A DNA stretch of 24,004 nucleotides from an uncultured Alphaproteobacteria bacterium (lineage in GTDB: Bacteria; Pseudomonadota; Alphaproteobacteria; Rs-D84). Shown piece after piece: positions 1-9,153 of this stretch; within the stretch, counting starts at the first letter, position 1, and the number at the start of each line of letters is the position of its first letter. The notes beneath the pieces were generated by a model that worked only from the letters and a program-made list of their open reading frames with translations, had not been told where the DNA came from and did no database searches. The stretch covers positions 1 through 24,004 of the forward strand of contig CAMRSV010000012.1 in the NCBI GenBank assembly GCA_947053455.1, read 5' to 3'. The position numbers and the translations under genes are program-made.

Positions 1-218
1 TCACCCCTTGTGGGTGGTTTAATTTTTGTGTAAGCACCAGGATGAGAACCTGCGATTAAGCAGGTCGAACCGCCGCAAAAAGGCGGAATAACGCCGATTG
101 CGCAACGCGCAATTTTGCAAGGTCGGTCTATAACCAATCCTGCAGGGCGCGCCAAAAATTTAATCACCCCTTGTGGGTGGTTTAATTTTTGTGTAAGCAC
201 CAGGATGAGAACCTGCGA
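1..218 (+). repeat. tRNA-Arg-linked direct repeat (period 163 bp; 55-bp exact duplication 1-55 = 164-218)
   Basis: Exact duplication seen. The unit contains AATCCTGCAGGGCGCGCCA (136-154), a tRNA T-stem/acceptor/CCA 3' end like that of tRNA-Arg(TCT), followed by a terminator. The intact tRNA is presumably just upstream of the window. Confidence 0.8.
154..190 (+). terminator. Intrinsic terminator following the tRNA 3'-end copy
   Basis: AAAAATTTAATCACCC-CTTGT-GGGTGGTTTAATTTTT imperfect hairpin with T-tract; a partial copy lies at 1-27. Confidence 0.7.
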
Positions 219-287
219 CCTGCTCGGCTTTTACAGTGACAATTAGGTCATTGACCACAATTACATAATTTACCACCGCAATAAAAC

Positions 288-309
288 AAATCCCCCAAAC
301 GGGGGATTT
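288..309. terminator. Intrinsic terminator downstream of the 313-930 gene
   Basis: AAATCCCCC-AAAC-GGGGGATTT perfect stem 3 nt from the stop codon. Confidence 0.8.
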
Positions 310-312
310 TAT

Positions 313-930
313 TTATGCGACCATGCGGCTTCTAAAGCGACGCAACTTTACAAACATATATAAATCCGCAATGGCATACATCAGCAACGTGACCGCCAAA
401 TAATAAACCATTGCGACAATACCAGCCAAAGGCCAGAACATCAACGCCACTGTCAATCCAACCAAAATTAACGCCATTATCAAGTCCAGAACATAATGTC
501 CAAAACGTGCATGCGCCATCCTTATCGCAAATACTAGAGTTCCAAGTGCCTTGAACGCAAACATGACCAAGAATATGTACATTAAACTTATCATGGAACC
601 GGCCGGATAAATGCAAAACAAAAGACCCAAAATAATATTTACAATACCAAATACTACATCTAGTCCGCCGCCGCCAACCTGATGAGATGCAACAAAACCA
701 GCAATAGTTCTATATAACCCCAGCAGCATCAACGCCACCCCAAGCACAAATGTAATCGCAGTCAAAACCGCAATCGGCTTTAACAGCAGTACAATTGCCG
801 CAACAGCGAATAAAATCCCCTCGCCTAGAAGAACCGGCGCCCCACGGTTATAAAGCGCATTTGCAAAACCCGCCGCCGGACGCGTTTTCTCCACAGGCGC
901 GGTTTGTTTTTTTATTTTCTTTGTTGCCAT
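313..930 (-). CDS. HdeD/DUF308-family integral membrane protein
   Basis: 205 aa with about 6 hydrophobic helices in repeated pairs (GIL..IVLLLKP..; GIVNIILGLLFCIYP) typical of DUF308; AAGGGG SD-like sequence upstream. Confidence 0.75.
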   Translation of the reverse strand: MATKKIKKQTAPVEKTRPAAGFANALYNRGAPVLLGEGILFAVAAIVLLLKPIAVLTAITFVLGVALMLLGLYRTIAGFVASHQVGGGGLDVVFGIVNIILGLLFCIYPAGSMISLMYIFLVMFAFKALGTLVFAIRMAHARFGHYVLDLIMALILVGLTVALMFWPLAGIVAMVYYLAVTLLMYAIADLYMFVKLRRFRSRMVA

Positions 931-951
931 TTTATTTTCCCCTTTACATTA

Positions 952-980
952 ATTATACATCAAACGAAACCTGAACGCAA
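952..980 (-). promoter_or_regulatory. sigma70-type promoter of the HdeD-like gene
   Basis: TTGCGT-N17-TATAAT on the minus strand. Confidence 0.6.
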
Positions 981-1027
981 TCAATACACAACAGGCGTGT
1001 TTTCTTACCCGTTGCCAAAAAACTTAA

Positions 1028-2035
1028 TTATTTGCCATGATTTTCGAACAACACCGGCAGATTTTTACCCAAAGACGACGCGTTCATGCGTTCAATTTTA
1101 AGTAAACGCCCCATTACCTGGCGCATTTCCGTACATTGCTGGGCAAATTCGGCGGCAAACTTTGTCAGCTCGCCTCCATCCCTGGGTGTATTTAAAAGAC
1201 CAACCATCTTATTCGTTGCCCAACGCATAAAGTAAAAAACTGATTTCTTATCATGGTTGAAATCAAATTGTAAATCATTATTAACACGCCGCGGCAACTT
1301 ATTCACAAACGCCCAAACATCAGCCTGTGCTATATTCGAATATGTATACATTAATGAAAATTTTGATTCATATCCGGCTAATTCAAAATCAATTATTGAA
1401 ACCTTGCCCGTTTCAGGATTAATAAAAATATTTTCAGAATGCAAATCGCGATGCGAGAACACAAATTCACGATTTTCTGGCAAGTCACGCAAAAACTCGT
1501 AACATTCATGAAAAAAATTGCGATCGCGTACGGTTATAACATTACTAAAAACACCCAAAAGCTTGTCCAACATATTGCTATCTTCTGCTTGGATGCCCGG
1601 AACGGCGGAACGCGTTTCAACAAACATCTGGGGGCGCAACTGTGCCATATCGTTTATAAAATTACCAATTGATTCAATATATTGTTCACGATTTAACGCC
1701 ATAAAATTACGTGGTAATTCGGATAAATGAAGTCCCCTTGCCTCACTTTCATAAACATGACCATTTGATATAAATGTGCGCGGAATTGAATACGCCGGAT
1801 TTTCTATAACACGTAATTGCCCGGAAATAAATTTGGCATTTTTTACATTATCCCACCAAAGATTGTGGTTGGATGCAAACACCCCATCGCCCGAAACACG
1901 TTTTTCAACAGCCGGGCCGCCCGCAACAACCGAAATTGGCCGAACAGCTGTACCACGACCATATTTCACGTTATCAGATTTCTTATGCGCATCTCCCCGC
2001 GGCACAATTACAAAATTCACATCAGATTTTTTCAT
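1028..2035 (-). CDS. Aminoglycoside phosphotransferase/choline kinase-like phosphotransferase
   Basis: 335 aa; Brenner motif FSHRDLHSENI followed by IIDFE; substrate unknown. Confidence 0.75.
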   Translation of the reverse strand: MKKSDVNFVIVPRGDAHKKSDNVKYGRGTAVRPISVVAGGPAVEKRVSGDGVFASNHNLWWDNVKNAKFISGQLRVIENPAYSIPRTFISNGHVYESEARGLHLSELPRNFMALNREQYIESIGNFINDMAQLRPQMFVETRSAVPGIQAEDSNMLDKLLGVFSNVITVRDRNFFHECYEFLRDLPENREFVFSHRDLHSENIFINPETGKVSIIDFELAGYESKFSLMYTYSNIAQADVWAFVNKLPRRVNNDLQFDFNHDKKSVFYFMRWATNKMVGLLNTPRDGGELTKFAAEFAQQCTEMRQVMGRLLKIERMNASSLGKNLPVLFENHGK

Positions 2036-2258
2036 AAAACGTATTATACCTAAAAAACATAAAAGTTAACACATAATAAAAGCACCAACTTTGACGGTAT
2101 TTTTGTGACGCCTATTCCTGCACACTCCACCAAAATTTCCTGTAAAATAATAGCGAACATATCATGGAAATCATATAAACTAATATGTGATAAAAAACAT
2201 TGGTATTAAAATTAATTATGGCCTAGATGAAAATCTACAAATATATAAACATCTCTTC

Positions 2259-4273
2259 CTTGTAGATTGTTTTCCTAATTAGTTTTGATATAATATGCTG
2301 ATAAGGATTTATCGGATAAAGATTGTTGTAGATTGCTTTCCTAATCGGTTTTGATATAATACAATCGCAAAATACAAACGCAAGTACGCAGTTGTAGATT
2401 GCTTTCCTAATCGGTTTTGATATAATCCTTATTGCGTAAATATGGCCTGATGTCGCGTTGTAGATTGCTTTCCTAATCGGTTTTGATATAATCTTTTAAT
2501 GATTGAATAATTGCGCCGTTCAGTTGTAGATTGCTTTCCTAATCGGTTTTGATATAATAAATCGCCGCGGCAGGCGCACCGGCAGACGGTTGTAGATTGC
2601 TTTCCTAATCGGTTTTGATATAATACAATCGCAAAATACAAACGCAAGTACGCAGTTGTAGATTGCTTTCCTAATCGGTTTTGATATAATGCATCGGTGG
2701 AATAAATAACATCAACGGGCGTTGTAGATTGCTTTCCTAATCGGTTTTGATATAATTGGATAGAGAAACTATCGAAGATTTCGATAGGTTGTAGATTGCT
2801 TTCCTAATCGGTTTTGATATAATAACAGCAAGAATTTATCGGTGCTTCAAGTCGTTGTAGATTGCTTTCCTAATCGGTTTTGATATAATTCGTCCGTTTT
2901 TAAGCAGTTTAAACTCTCGGTTGTAGATTGCTTTCCTAATCGGTTTTGATATAATATAGCATAGCGTCGCATACGTTCGGAAGCGTTGTAGATTGCTTTC
3001 CTAATCGGTTTTGATATAATTAATTAAATACATATGCCAAGAAACAAAAAGTTGTAGATTGCTTTCCTAATCGGTTTTGATATAATAATCGCATTTATCA
3101 AGCGTGGTGCGTTGGGGTTGTAGATTGCTTTCCTAATCGGTTTTGATATAATTGATGAAATACTATTCAGAAGAATCACATGGTTGTAGATTGCTTTCCT
3201 AATCGGTTTTGATATAATATAGCATAGCGTCGCATACGTTCGGAAGCGTTGTAGATTGCTTTCCTAATCGGTTTTGATATAATTAATTAAATACATATGC
3301 CAAGAAACAAAAAGTTGTAGATTGCTTTCCTAATCGGTTTTGATATAATAATCGCATTTATCAAGCGTGGTGCGTTGGGGTTGTAGATTGCTTTCCTAAT
3401 CGGTTTTGATATAATTGATGAAATACTATTCAGAAGAATCACATGGTTGTAGATTGCTTTCCTAATCGGTTTTGATATAATTCTAAATCTACGGTAATTC
3501 GCAGTTCGTCTGTTGTAGATTGCTTTCCTAATCGGTTTTGATATAATCGATTACTATTCGTCTGGTGGTTCTGGCGGGTTGTAGATTGCTTTCCTAATCG
3601 GTTTTGATATAATCAAGGCGAGAATAGCAATCAAACCTATTCTGTTGTAGATTGCTTTCCTAATCGGTTTTGATATAATGCAGGGGTTCCATTATCAAAC
3701 AGGAACGATGTTGTAGATTGCTTTCCTAATCGGTTTTGATATAATTACAGCAGTTATGATTACTGCCGGTTCTCAGTTGTAGATTGCTTTCCTAATCGGT
3801 TTTGATATAATACACCGGCAAGCAATAACAATATCAACCGGGTTGTAGATTGCTTTCCTAATCGGTTTTGATATAATTGGCGTTTGTGTGGGTGGTGGGG
3901 GGATTTGGTTGTAGATTGCTTTCCTAATCGGTTTTGATATAATAATTGACCTGACAAATCGGACACCACCTGTGTTGTAGATTGCTTTCCTAATCGGTTT
4001 TGATATAATTCTGCCATCTATCCGTAAAACGGGACAATAGTTGTAGATTGCTTTCCTAATCGGTTTTGATATAATTTCATTAGCAGGCTTAAACAACATC
4101 AAATCGTTGTAGATTGCTTTCCTAATCGGTTTTGATATAATTCAATCCGTGGACAATCAATCAAGTGCAGCGTTGTAGATTGCTTTCCTAATCGGTTTTG
4201 ATATAATCAAAGCCGATTGGGATTATATCATCGCGGCGTTGTAGATTGCTTTCCTAATCGGTTTTGATATAAT
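2259..4273 (+). CRISPR. Type II-C CRISPR array: 31 repeats of 36 bp (GTTGTAGATTGCTTTCCTAATCGGTTTTGATATAAT), 30 spacers of 29-31 bp, 25 unique
   Basis: Repeats counted directly at ~66-bp period; the first repeat (2259-2294) is degenerate. The + orientation is supported by the GTTGTAG 5' end, the TGATATAAT 3' end, complementarity to the + strand tracrRNA and the downstream terminator. Confidence 0.98.
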
Positions 4274-4278
4274 ACCGA

Positions 4279-4312
4279 CAAAATAACCCGCTGAATATAG
4301 CGGGTTATTTTG
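4279..4312. terminator. Bidirectional terminator between the array and cas2
   Basis: Perfect 14-bp stem CAAAATAACCCGCT-GAATAT-AGCGGGTTATTTTG. Confidence 0.85.
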
Positions 4313-4330
4313 CAATTCTTTAAAGAAAAA

Positions 4331-4660
4331 CTAGAACATAACAAGTTGCTTTGCCCCTATTTTTTCTTGTTTTTTCGATTCGCCAACCAATATTTCCATA
4401 TCAGCGAACTGCTTTTCTGTGACAGTCATTAGTCTAACACTTCCGCTTGGCGGAATCAAGCATTTTAGGCGTCCGACATGTTTTTCAACCTGTGCCACAC
4501 CCTTACAAATTCTGGAATAAACAGATAGTTGCATCATATAGTACCCATCCTTTAATAAAGCGTTACGGAATTTAGAGGCTTGTTTCCTATCTTGTTTTGT
4601 TAGTGTTGGTAAATCAAAAAATACTATCATTCTCATAAATCGTTCCCCATATTGCGCCAT
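4331..4660 (-). CDS. cas2: CRISPR-associated endonuclease Cas2
   Basis: RFMRMIVFFDLPT...LLKDGYYMMQLSVYSRIC, the type II Cas2 signature; 1-nt overlap with cas1. Confidence 0.97.
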   Translation of the reverse strand: MAQYGERFMRMIVFFDLPTLTKQDRKQASKFRNALLKDGYYMMQLSVYSRICKGVAQVEKHVGRLKCLIPPSGSVRLMTVTEKQFADMEILVGESKKQEKIGAKQLVMF

Positions 4661-5565
4661 TAGTCAAAATCCCCCATATCGAAGAAAGATGGATCAAACA
4701 CTGGCAAACTCAATAAACGACAATCTTTTTGTCTGAATACCTTGGCCAATGATGCCGACATTATTTCCGCACATTTAAGTAATGATATGGCCTCGCCATT
4801 CATATTTGCATTACACAATAATATTGATATTAGTTTGTTTTTTAATTCCGGCGCTAAATCCGAACACGTGGTCCAATCCATTTTTGCCACACAAAAATCT
4901 ACAAATGGTCGCAAAGGCTCCATCATATCATCAACCAGATTAAACTGATTTAATTGATTATCATGATGAATACCAAAGCACGGCAGCAATCCGGACGCAA
5001 CGATATTTCGTGCCACGCAGCCACGCACAATGGCATACCCATAGTTTAACGCCTTGTTTATAATATTCGCATCATCGCGTCGCGTAAAATCGCCAAATAG
5101 TAACCGCCAATATAATTGCGCCGCATGAGCCTCTCGATTATCACTATCACCACTTTGTACGCGCTTTGCTATTTCACTTAATGCATTTTCTATCCCAAAT
5201 GCGCGTAATACAGCCGACTGATTTAGAATCTTTTGCTGTACCACAGATTGCCAAACGCGCTTTTTTAATGGTTCACTGGCCACAACTTGAATATGAGCCA
5301 TTTCTGAATATCGAGAATTATCGTGAAATGGGAAAAACGTTCCCGACGGTAAATGCGACGCATCACACGTAATCAGAACTACATCATTTGCAGCAAACTC
5401 TGCCAAAACATGACCTGTAAGCTGCACAAAACCCGTTTCCAAAACAACGACCGATAAATCCTCTATCGGAATCGTTGTTTTGATATCATCTGATTCATAA
5501 AATAATTGCTTTTTCTTTACCGATAATTTACACGGTTTCGTTAGTTGAAGGATTCGCCACCCCAT
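4660..5565 (-). CDS. cas1: Type II CRISPR-associated endonuclease Cas1
   Basis: MGWR..., IPIEDL, NREAHAAQLYW, INKALNYGYAIVR, GIHH..N.FNLVDDMMEPLRP motifs. Confidence 0.97.
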   Translation of the reverse strand: MGWRILQLTKPCKLSVKKKQLFYESDDIKTTIPIEDLSVVVLETGFVQLTGHVLAEFAANDVVLITCDASHLPSGTFFPFHDNSRYSEMAHIQVVASEPLKKRVWQSVVQQKILNQSAVLRAFGIENALSEIAKRVQSGDSDNREAHAAQLYWRLLFGDFTRRDDANIINKALNYGYAIVRGCVARNIVASGLLPCFGIHHDNQLNQFNLVDDMMEPLRPFVDFCVAKMDWTTCSDLAPELKNKLISILLCNANMNGEAISLLKCAEIMSASLAKVFRQKDCRLLSLPVFDPSFFDMGDFD

Positions 5566-8500
5566 TTTTATTCCTTTTAGGTTGCTTCCTTCCTTTTCTT
5601 TTTTCTGATTGCGGTTTTATGGCACAAACAGGCGCACGGTGTTCAGATTTTACCTCTGACATATCGCCCAGCACGCTTATTTGAAATTTTTGTAAGTTTA
5701 CAAACGTATTTATGTCTATTTCTTTCTGGCCATCACATTTTTCCAGTTCTTGAAGTGTTTTTATTTTTCTTTTTTCATCTTCCCCATTACGTTTGTGTTT
5801 TTTCTGAGCCTCCGCTTCAAAAACAAGACCGTTTTTACTTATAGCAATTAATTTCCCGTCTTTGAACTCAGATACTTCATACTTAACATTATCAGATTTA
5901 ATAATATCTTTTGGAGCAAATGTATCTGTTTTCTTCGAAAAAATGGTCGAATTATCTGCACTACAAATTACAAACTGTGTTTGTTTAGCCGCTTTACATT
6001 GTACTACATAACCCTCATATTCTATCCCCGATTTTGTCATAATCTTGATATAATCATCCTTGTGCAAGGTCATAATAAATTTATAAGTATCATCAATGAC
6101 GACGGGCTTTTCTGCCTTGGCCGGTTGCGGATAGAATATATCTTGACGATTTTTATCAACCGTGTCGGCCACGAATATTGGCACAACTACATATTTCCCA
6201 TCCTTCTTAAAAATATCCATACGGAACATATTATCTTTATCTGCGCGCCCACGCGGCAAAATTAAACTCCCCTTACTAGATTTTGGTGAATTGATTGTAT
6301 CTTTATGCGCTGAACCTGTTGCCTTGCCGCGCACCGTACGGGAAACAAATACGTCATCCAGGGATTGTAAAACATCTGCACGAAAACCATCCCATGGCTC
6401 TTGAATATTTTTCTTCAAATTATCCCACCAAGGTTTTCCTTTCTCATTACGTTTATTTTCAAACAATCCGGATACCGTTGATAAATAACGAACCATACCC
6501 GGCGTTGCACAGGCAATAACAATCGCATCTTGGGCATGATGTCTATCTGATTCTGTGCGCGATTTTTCCAGTCCCCATTGTCCACGCAAATAATGGGTTA
6601 ACGCCCCGGCACGCACATCAACCCGCAATTCCGGGAAAGCGGTATTTAAAACTTGTCTGACATAGCGGGCGGCATATGCATTATCATTTGCGTTGCGCTG
6701 CCGAAAATCCTCTTCTTTTGCCTCAAAATCTTTATTCAATAGATTTGAAATCTTATGCGTCCCTAAAGTGGTCTTGATTGCAGACACTCGTCCAACAAAC
6801 GCATCCCAACGTGCGGTATTTCCAAAATATTCGTATGGTGTTTTATTCCCCTTGGCTTGGTTTTCCGTATACTTAACCAAAACCTTGTTCATATAAGAAT
6901 TATCCAGCGACCGTGAATACGGTAAAATATGGTCAATTTCATAATTGTTAAGATGCCCCAAATCAATCGATTCTCCCGAATACATACACTTGCCGCCTTG
7001 GTCTTGGTAAAGTTTGTATTTTAAAACTTCTTTAGTTGTGGCTTTACGGCTGATTAATGCTTCATACTCTGCCCGAGCTTTTTCTGTTTTATCGTGATTT
7101 TCGTTTTGTTTACGTTCTATTTTCTTACGATCGTCAAAATTATTCTTTAATTCGCGACCGACTTCCAAATTTACTTGGTCTGGGATGCCATATTTCCGCA
7201 CCAGCGCATTATAAACCTTGCGAAATTGGGCGACCGTACGATTTACAACAGGCACACGCGTCCATTCTGAAATTTCCGTTATACATCCATTATCAGCCTT
7301 TACTTCACCAGATATTTTGTTTTTGTATCCGGCTGCCTCGCAAGCCTTGTCATACGTAAGCCCACGCATCATTTCCGGCACAATTTTATACAATGCCTGC
7401 AACGACAAGTTTATAAACTTGGATGTAGACAGTCCCTTTAATTCAGAAATATACTTTTCTGAAACTTTCTTACGCCGCAATTCCTTTTCTATAGCAATAT
7501 CATCTTTCTGGGTTGCAACAACCTTTATAATCCTATCAAGCATTTGCAAATCAGCCATATCGGCATCATCCAAGATTTTCTTTAATTTATGCCATCCAAC
7601 CATAGAATAAAAGTCTTGCGTTTCTTCTTTTACCCCACGAAAAACAACATCTTGCCCTTTCCATATCTTGCTATGCAGTGTTTTATATTTAACTTTTTGT
7701 GTTTTACGCAATAAATCCAGGATCGCAGAACGCTCTTCATCATTCACAGAACGCATTTCGCCATCTATAACGATTTTCATATTATTTATCTTGGTCAATG
7801 CCACAAATAATTCTGCCGTCGGGGCTTCTTTGGGCGCGCGCAGACAATTTGGCTCTAACGTGCACCCACCAACCATTTTTCCAACAGATTGAATGGGAAG
7901 CACACGAAATGCGATTTTTTTATAGTTTTCTAATAATTCTCTAGAAAACAACCCATATTTTTGCTGGGCTTCAAAAATTAAATCCAATTCTCGTTCTATT
8001 TCTTCCCTGGGGATTGAATTATCATATACCCCGTCACCATTGCGATATTTTTTCGCACAATTGCAATTTGTCCGATAAATCATCTGGGCCATTGTTTTAT
8101 ACTCACCCATACGCTCACGGTTTCTGGCAATAGACACCAGAACTTTACCTGTTTCTGTATCGTTTTCTTCCGCAGATTTACGCATAGATTTATATCCACG
8201 ATGTTTGGCCATATGAATCAATACACGCGACAGTTCACGCGCTGACAATTTGCGGCAAAAGGCATCGTCGCCGCGCAAAGCCCAGACATCAATGTCATCA
8301 GCGCCGACAACAATATTCTGATTACCGAAGCCACTATTTTCCAACAGTGCACGGACTTCTTTCATGCGCAACGCTTTTCTGCGTAACATGCGCCGGATTG
8401 AACGCTTCTCACGACGCGGCGCCGCCAACGAAGAGCCATCCTTTGGGTTTTCCGCAACACTGAAAATGCGCACACCAGATTGCTGTATTTTACCAAGCGC

Positions 8501-8596
8501 CGCTCGTCCGCTTTCTGGGTTGTCATTATTTTTTTCTATATCAACAACCGCCCAGCCAATACTTGCAATTCCTAAATCAAAACCAAATATCCGCAT
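5528..8596 (-). CDS. cas9: Type II-C Cas9 (1022 aa)
   Basis: RuvC-I GFDLGIASIGWA, Arg-rich bridge helix, RuvC-II VNLEVGRE, HNH EIDHILPYSRSLDNSYMNKVLV, RuvC-III HHAQDA; no csn2 or cas4 in the locus. Confidence 0.98.
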   Translation of the reverse strand: MRIFGFDLGIASIGWAVVDIEKNNDNPESGRAALGKIQQSGVRIFSVAENPKDGSSLAAPRREKRSIRRMLRRKALRMKEVRALLENSGFGNQNIVVGADDIDVWALRGDDAFCRKLSARELSRVLIHMAKHRGYKSMRKSAEENDTETGKVLVSIARNRERMGEYKTMAQMIYRTNCNCAKKYRNGDGVYDNSIPREEIERELDLIFEAQQKYGLFSRELLENYKKIAFRVLPIQSVGKMVGGCTLEPNCLRAPKEAPTAELFVALTKINNMKIVIDGEMRSVNDEERSAILDLLRKTQKVKYKTLHSKIWKGQDVVFRGVKEETQDFYSMVGWHKLKKILDDADMADLQMLDRIIKVVATQKDDIAIEKELRRKKVSEKYISELKGLSTSKFINLSLQALYKIVPEMMRGLTYDKACEAAGYKNKISGEVKADNGCITEISEWTRVPVVNRTVAQFRKVYNALVRKYGIPDQVNLEVGRELKNNFDDRKKIERKQNENHDKTEKARAEYEALISRKATTKEVLKYKLYQDQGGKCMYSGESIDLGHLNNYEIDHILPYSRSLDNSYMNKVLVKYTENQAKGNKTPYEYFGNTARWDAFVGRVSAIKTTLGTHKISNLLNKDFEAKEEDFRQRNANDNAYAARYVRQVLNTAFPELRVDVRAGALTHYLRGQWGLEKSRTESDRHHAQDAIVIACATPGMVRYLSTVSGLFENKRNEKGKPWWDNLKKNIQEPWDGFRADVLQSLDDVFVSRTVRGKATGSAHKDTINSPKSSKGSLILPRGRADKDNMFRMDIFKKDGKYVVVPIFVADTVDKNRQDIFYPQPAKAEKPVVIDDTYKFIMTLHKDDYIKIMTKSGIEYEGYVVQCKAAKQTQFVICSADNSTIFSKKTDTFAPKDIIKSDNVKYEVSEFKDGKLIAISKNGLVFEAEAQKKHKRNGEDEKRKIKTLQELEKCDGQKEIDINTFVNLQKFQISVLGDMSEVKSEHRAPVCAIKPQSEKRKGRKQPKRNKNGVANPSTNETV

Positions 8597-8612
8597 GTTT
8601 ATTGCCTTTTTC

Positions 8613-8646
8613 TTGACATTTTAATTCCTATAATTACAATACGCAA
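8613..8646. promoter_or_regulatory. Overlapping divergent promoters for tracrRNA (+) and cas9 (-)
   Basis: + strand TTGACA(8613)-N16-TACAAT(8635-8640); - strand TTGCGT(8646-8641)-N17-TAAAAT(8623-8618). Confidence 0.65.
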
Positions 8647-8756
8647 TGTATTTCTAAATTACAGACTGAATAGGAAAGCAATCTACAATAAAGAAATACA
8701 CTGTGGGGCTCTGTTGGCGACAACATCCTCTCTTCGCCCGCTTGTCGGGCTTTTTT
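8647..8756 (+). ncRNA. tracrRNA (5' end approximate)
   Basis: Anti-repeat 8663-8688 with an exact 18-nt complement TAGGAAAGCAATCTACAA to the repeat, then hairpins and terminator GCCCG-CTTGT-CGGGC-TTTTTT. Confidence 0.9.
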
Positions 8757-8851
8757 AATTTCCGATTATCGTGTTTTCCCAGCATACGTGACCACGCAGA
8801 GAGACATACCCAACGGACTGTTGTTTAAATTCATGATTGTTACAACCAAAA

Positions 8852-8891
8852 TTAATAAAAACAGGTACCATTTGGCACCTGTTTTTATTAA
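8852..8891 (-). terminator. Intrinsic terminator, probably the displaced original terminator of tRNA-Pro
   Basis: TTAATAAAAACAGG...CCTGTTTTTATTAA 14-bp outer stem lying immediately 3' (minus strand) of CCGACCA, the tRNA-Pro 3' end. Confidence 0.7.
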
Positions 8892-8945
8892 ACCATGGTC
8901 GGTCAGTAAAAACTTGCCAAAAATCCCATACATGATACCCCAATT

Positions 8946-9074
8946 CAGGGATTAACAGGGAATCTACAGTGAATTTGACCACGTAAACCTCGCACAAACA
9001 CCGGATTTCTGTCCGTTTTAATCAAAAATCCCGTAAAATAACAGGGAATTTATTATACCGTATCAGGGAAATTT
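8946..9074 (+). repeat. Five CAG(G/T)GA(A)T-type direct repeats near the island's left end
   Basis: Copies start at 8946, 8956, 8967, 9042 and 9064; the first three are spaced about one helical turn apart. Confidence 0.7.
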
Positions 9075-9153
9075 ATTAAATTTTGTGCCATTACACTTGA
9101 AAAATAAAATCAACAAACCTATATGCTACACTGTGCTGATAAAAGGTATCAAA

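Noticed and set aside
136-154. tRNA 3'-end fragment as a complete tRNA or as the att site of a large island
   Set aside because: No D or anticodon arms; it is embedded in a 163-bp tandem unit with no adjacent integrase. An att role cannot be fully excluded without upstream sequence.
2427-2456. Spacer 3 shares TTATTGCGTAAA with the cas9 coding strand near 7703-7714 (self-targeting?)
   Set aside because: Only 12 nt match in AT-rich DNA. I saw no full-length spacer match in the window, although a by-eye search is not exhaustive.
2429-4102. ORFs 2429-2647, 3760-4017 and 3773-4102 with repeated peptides
   Set aside because: Translations of CRISPR repeats, not genes
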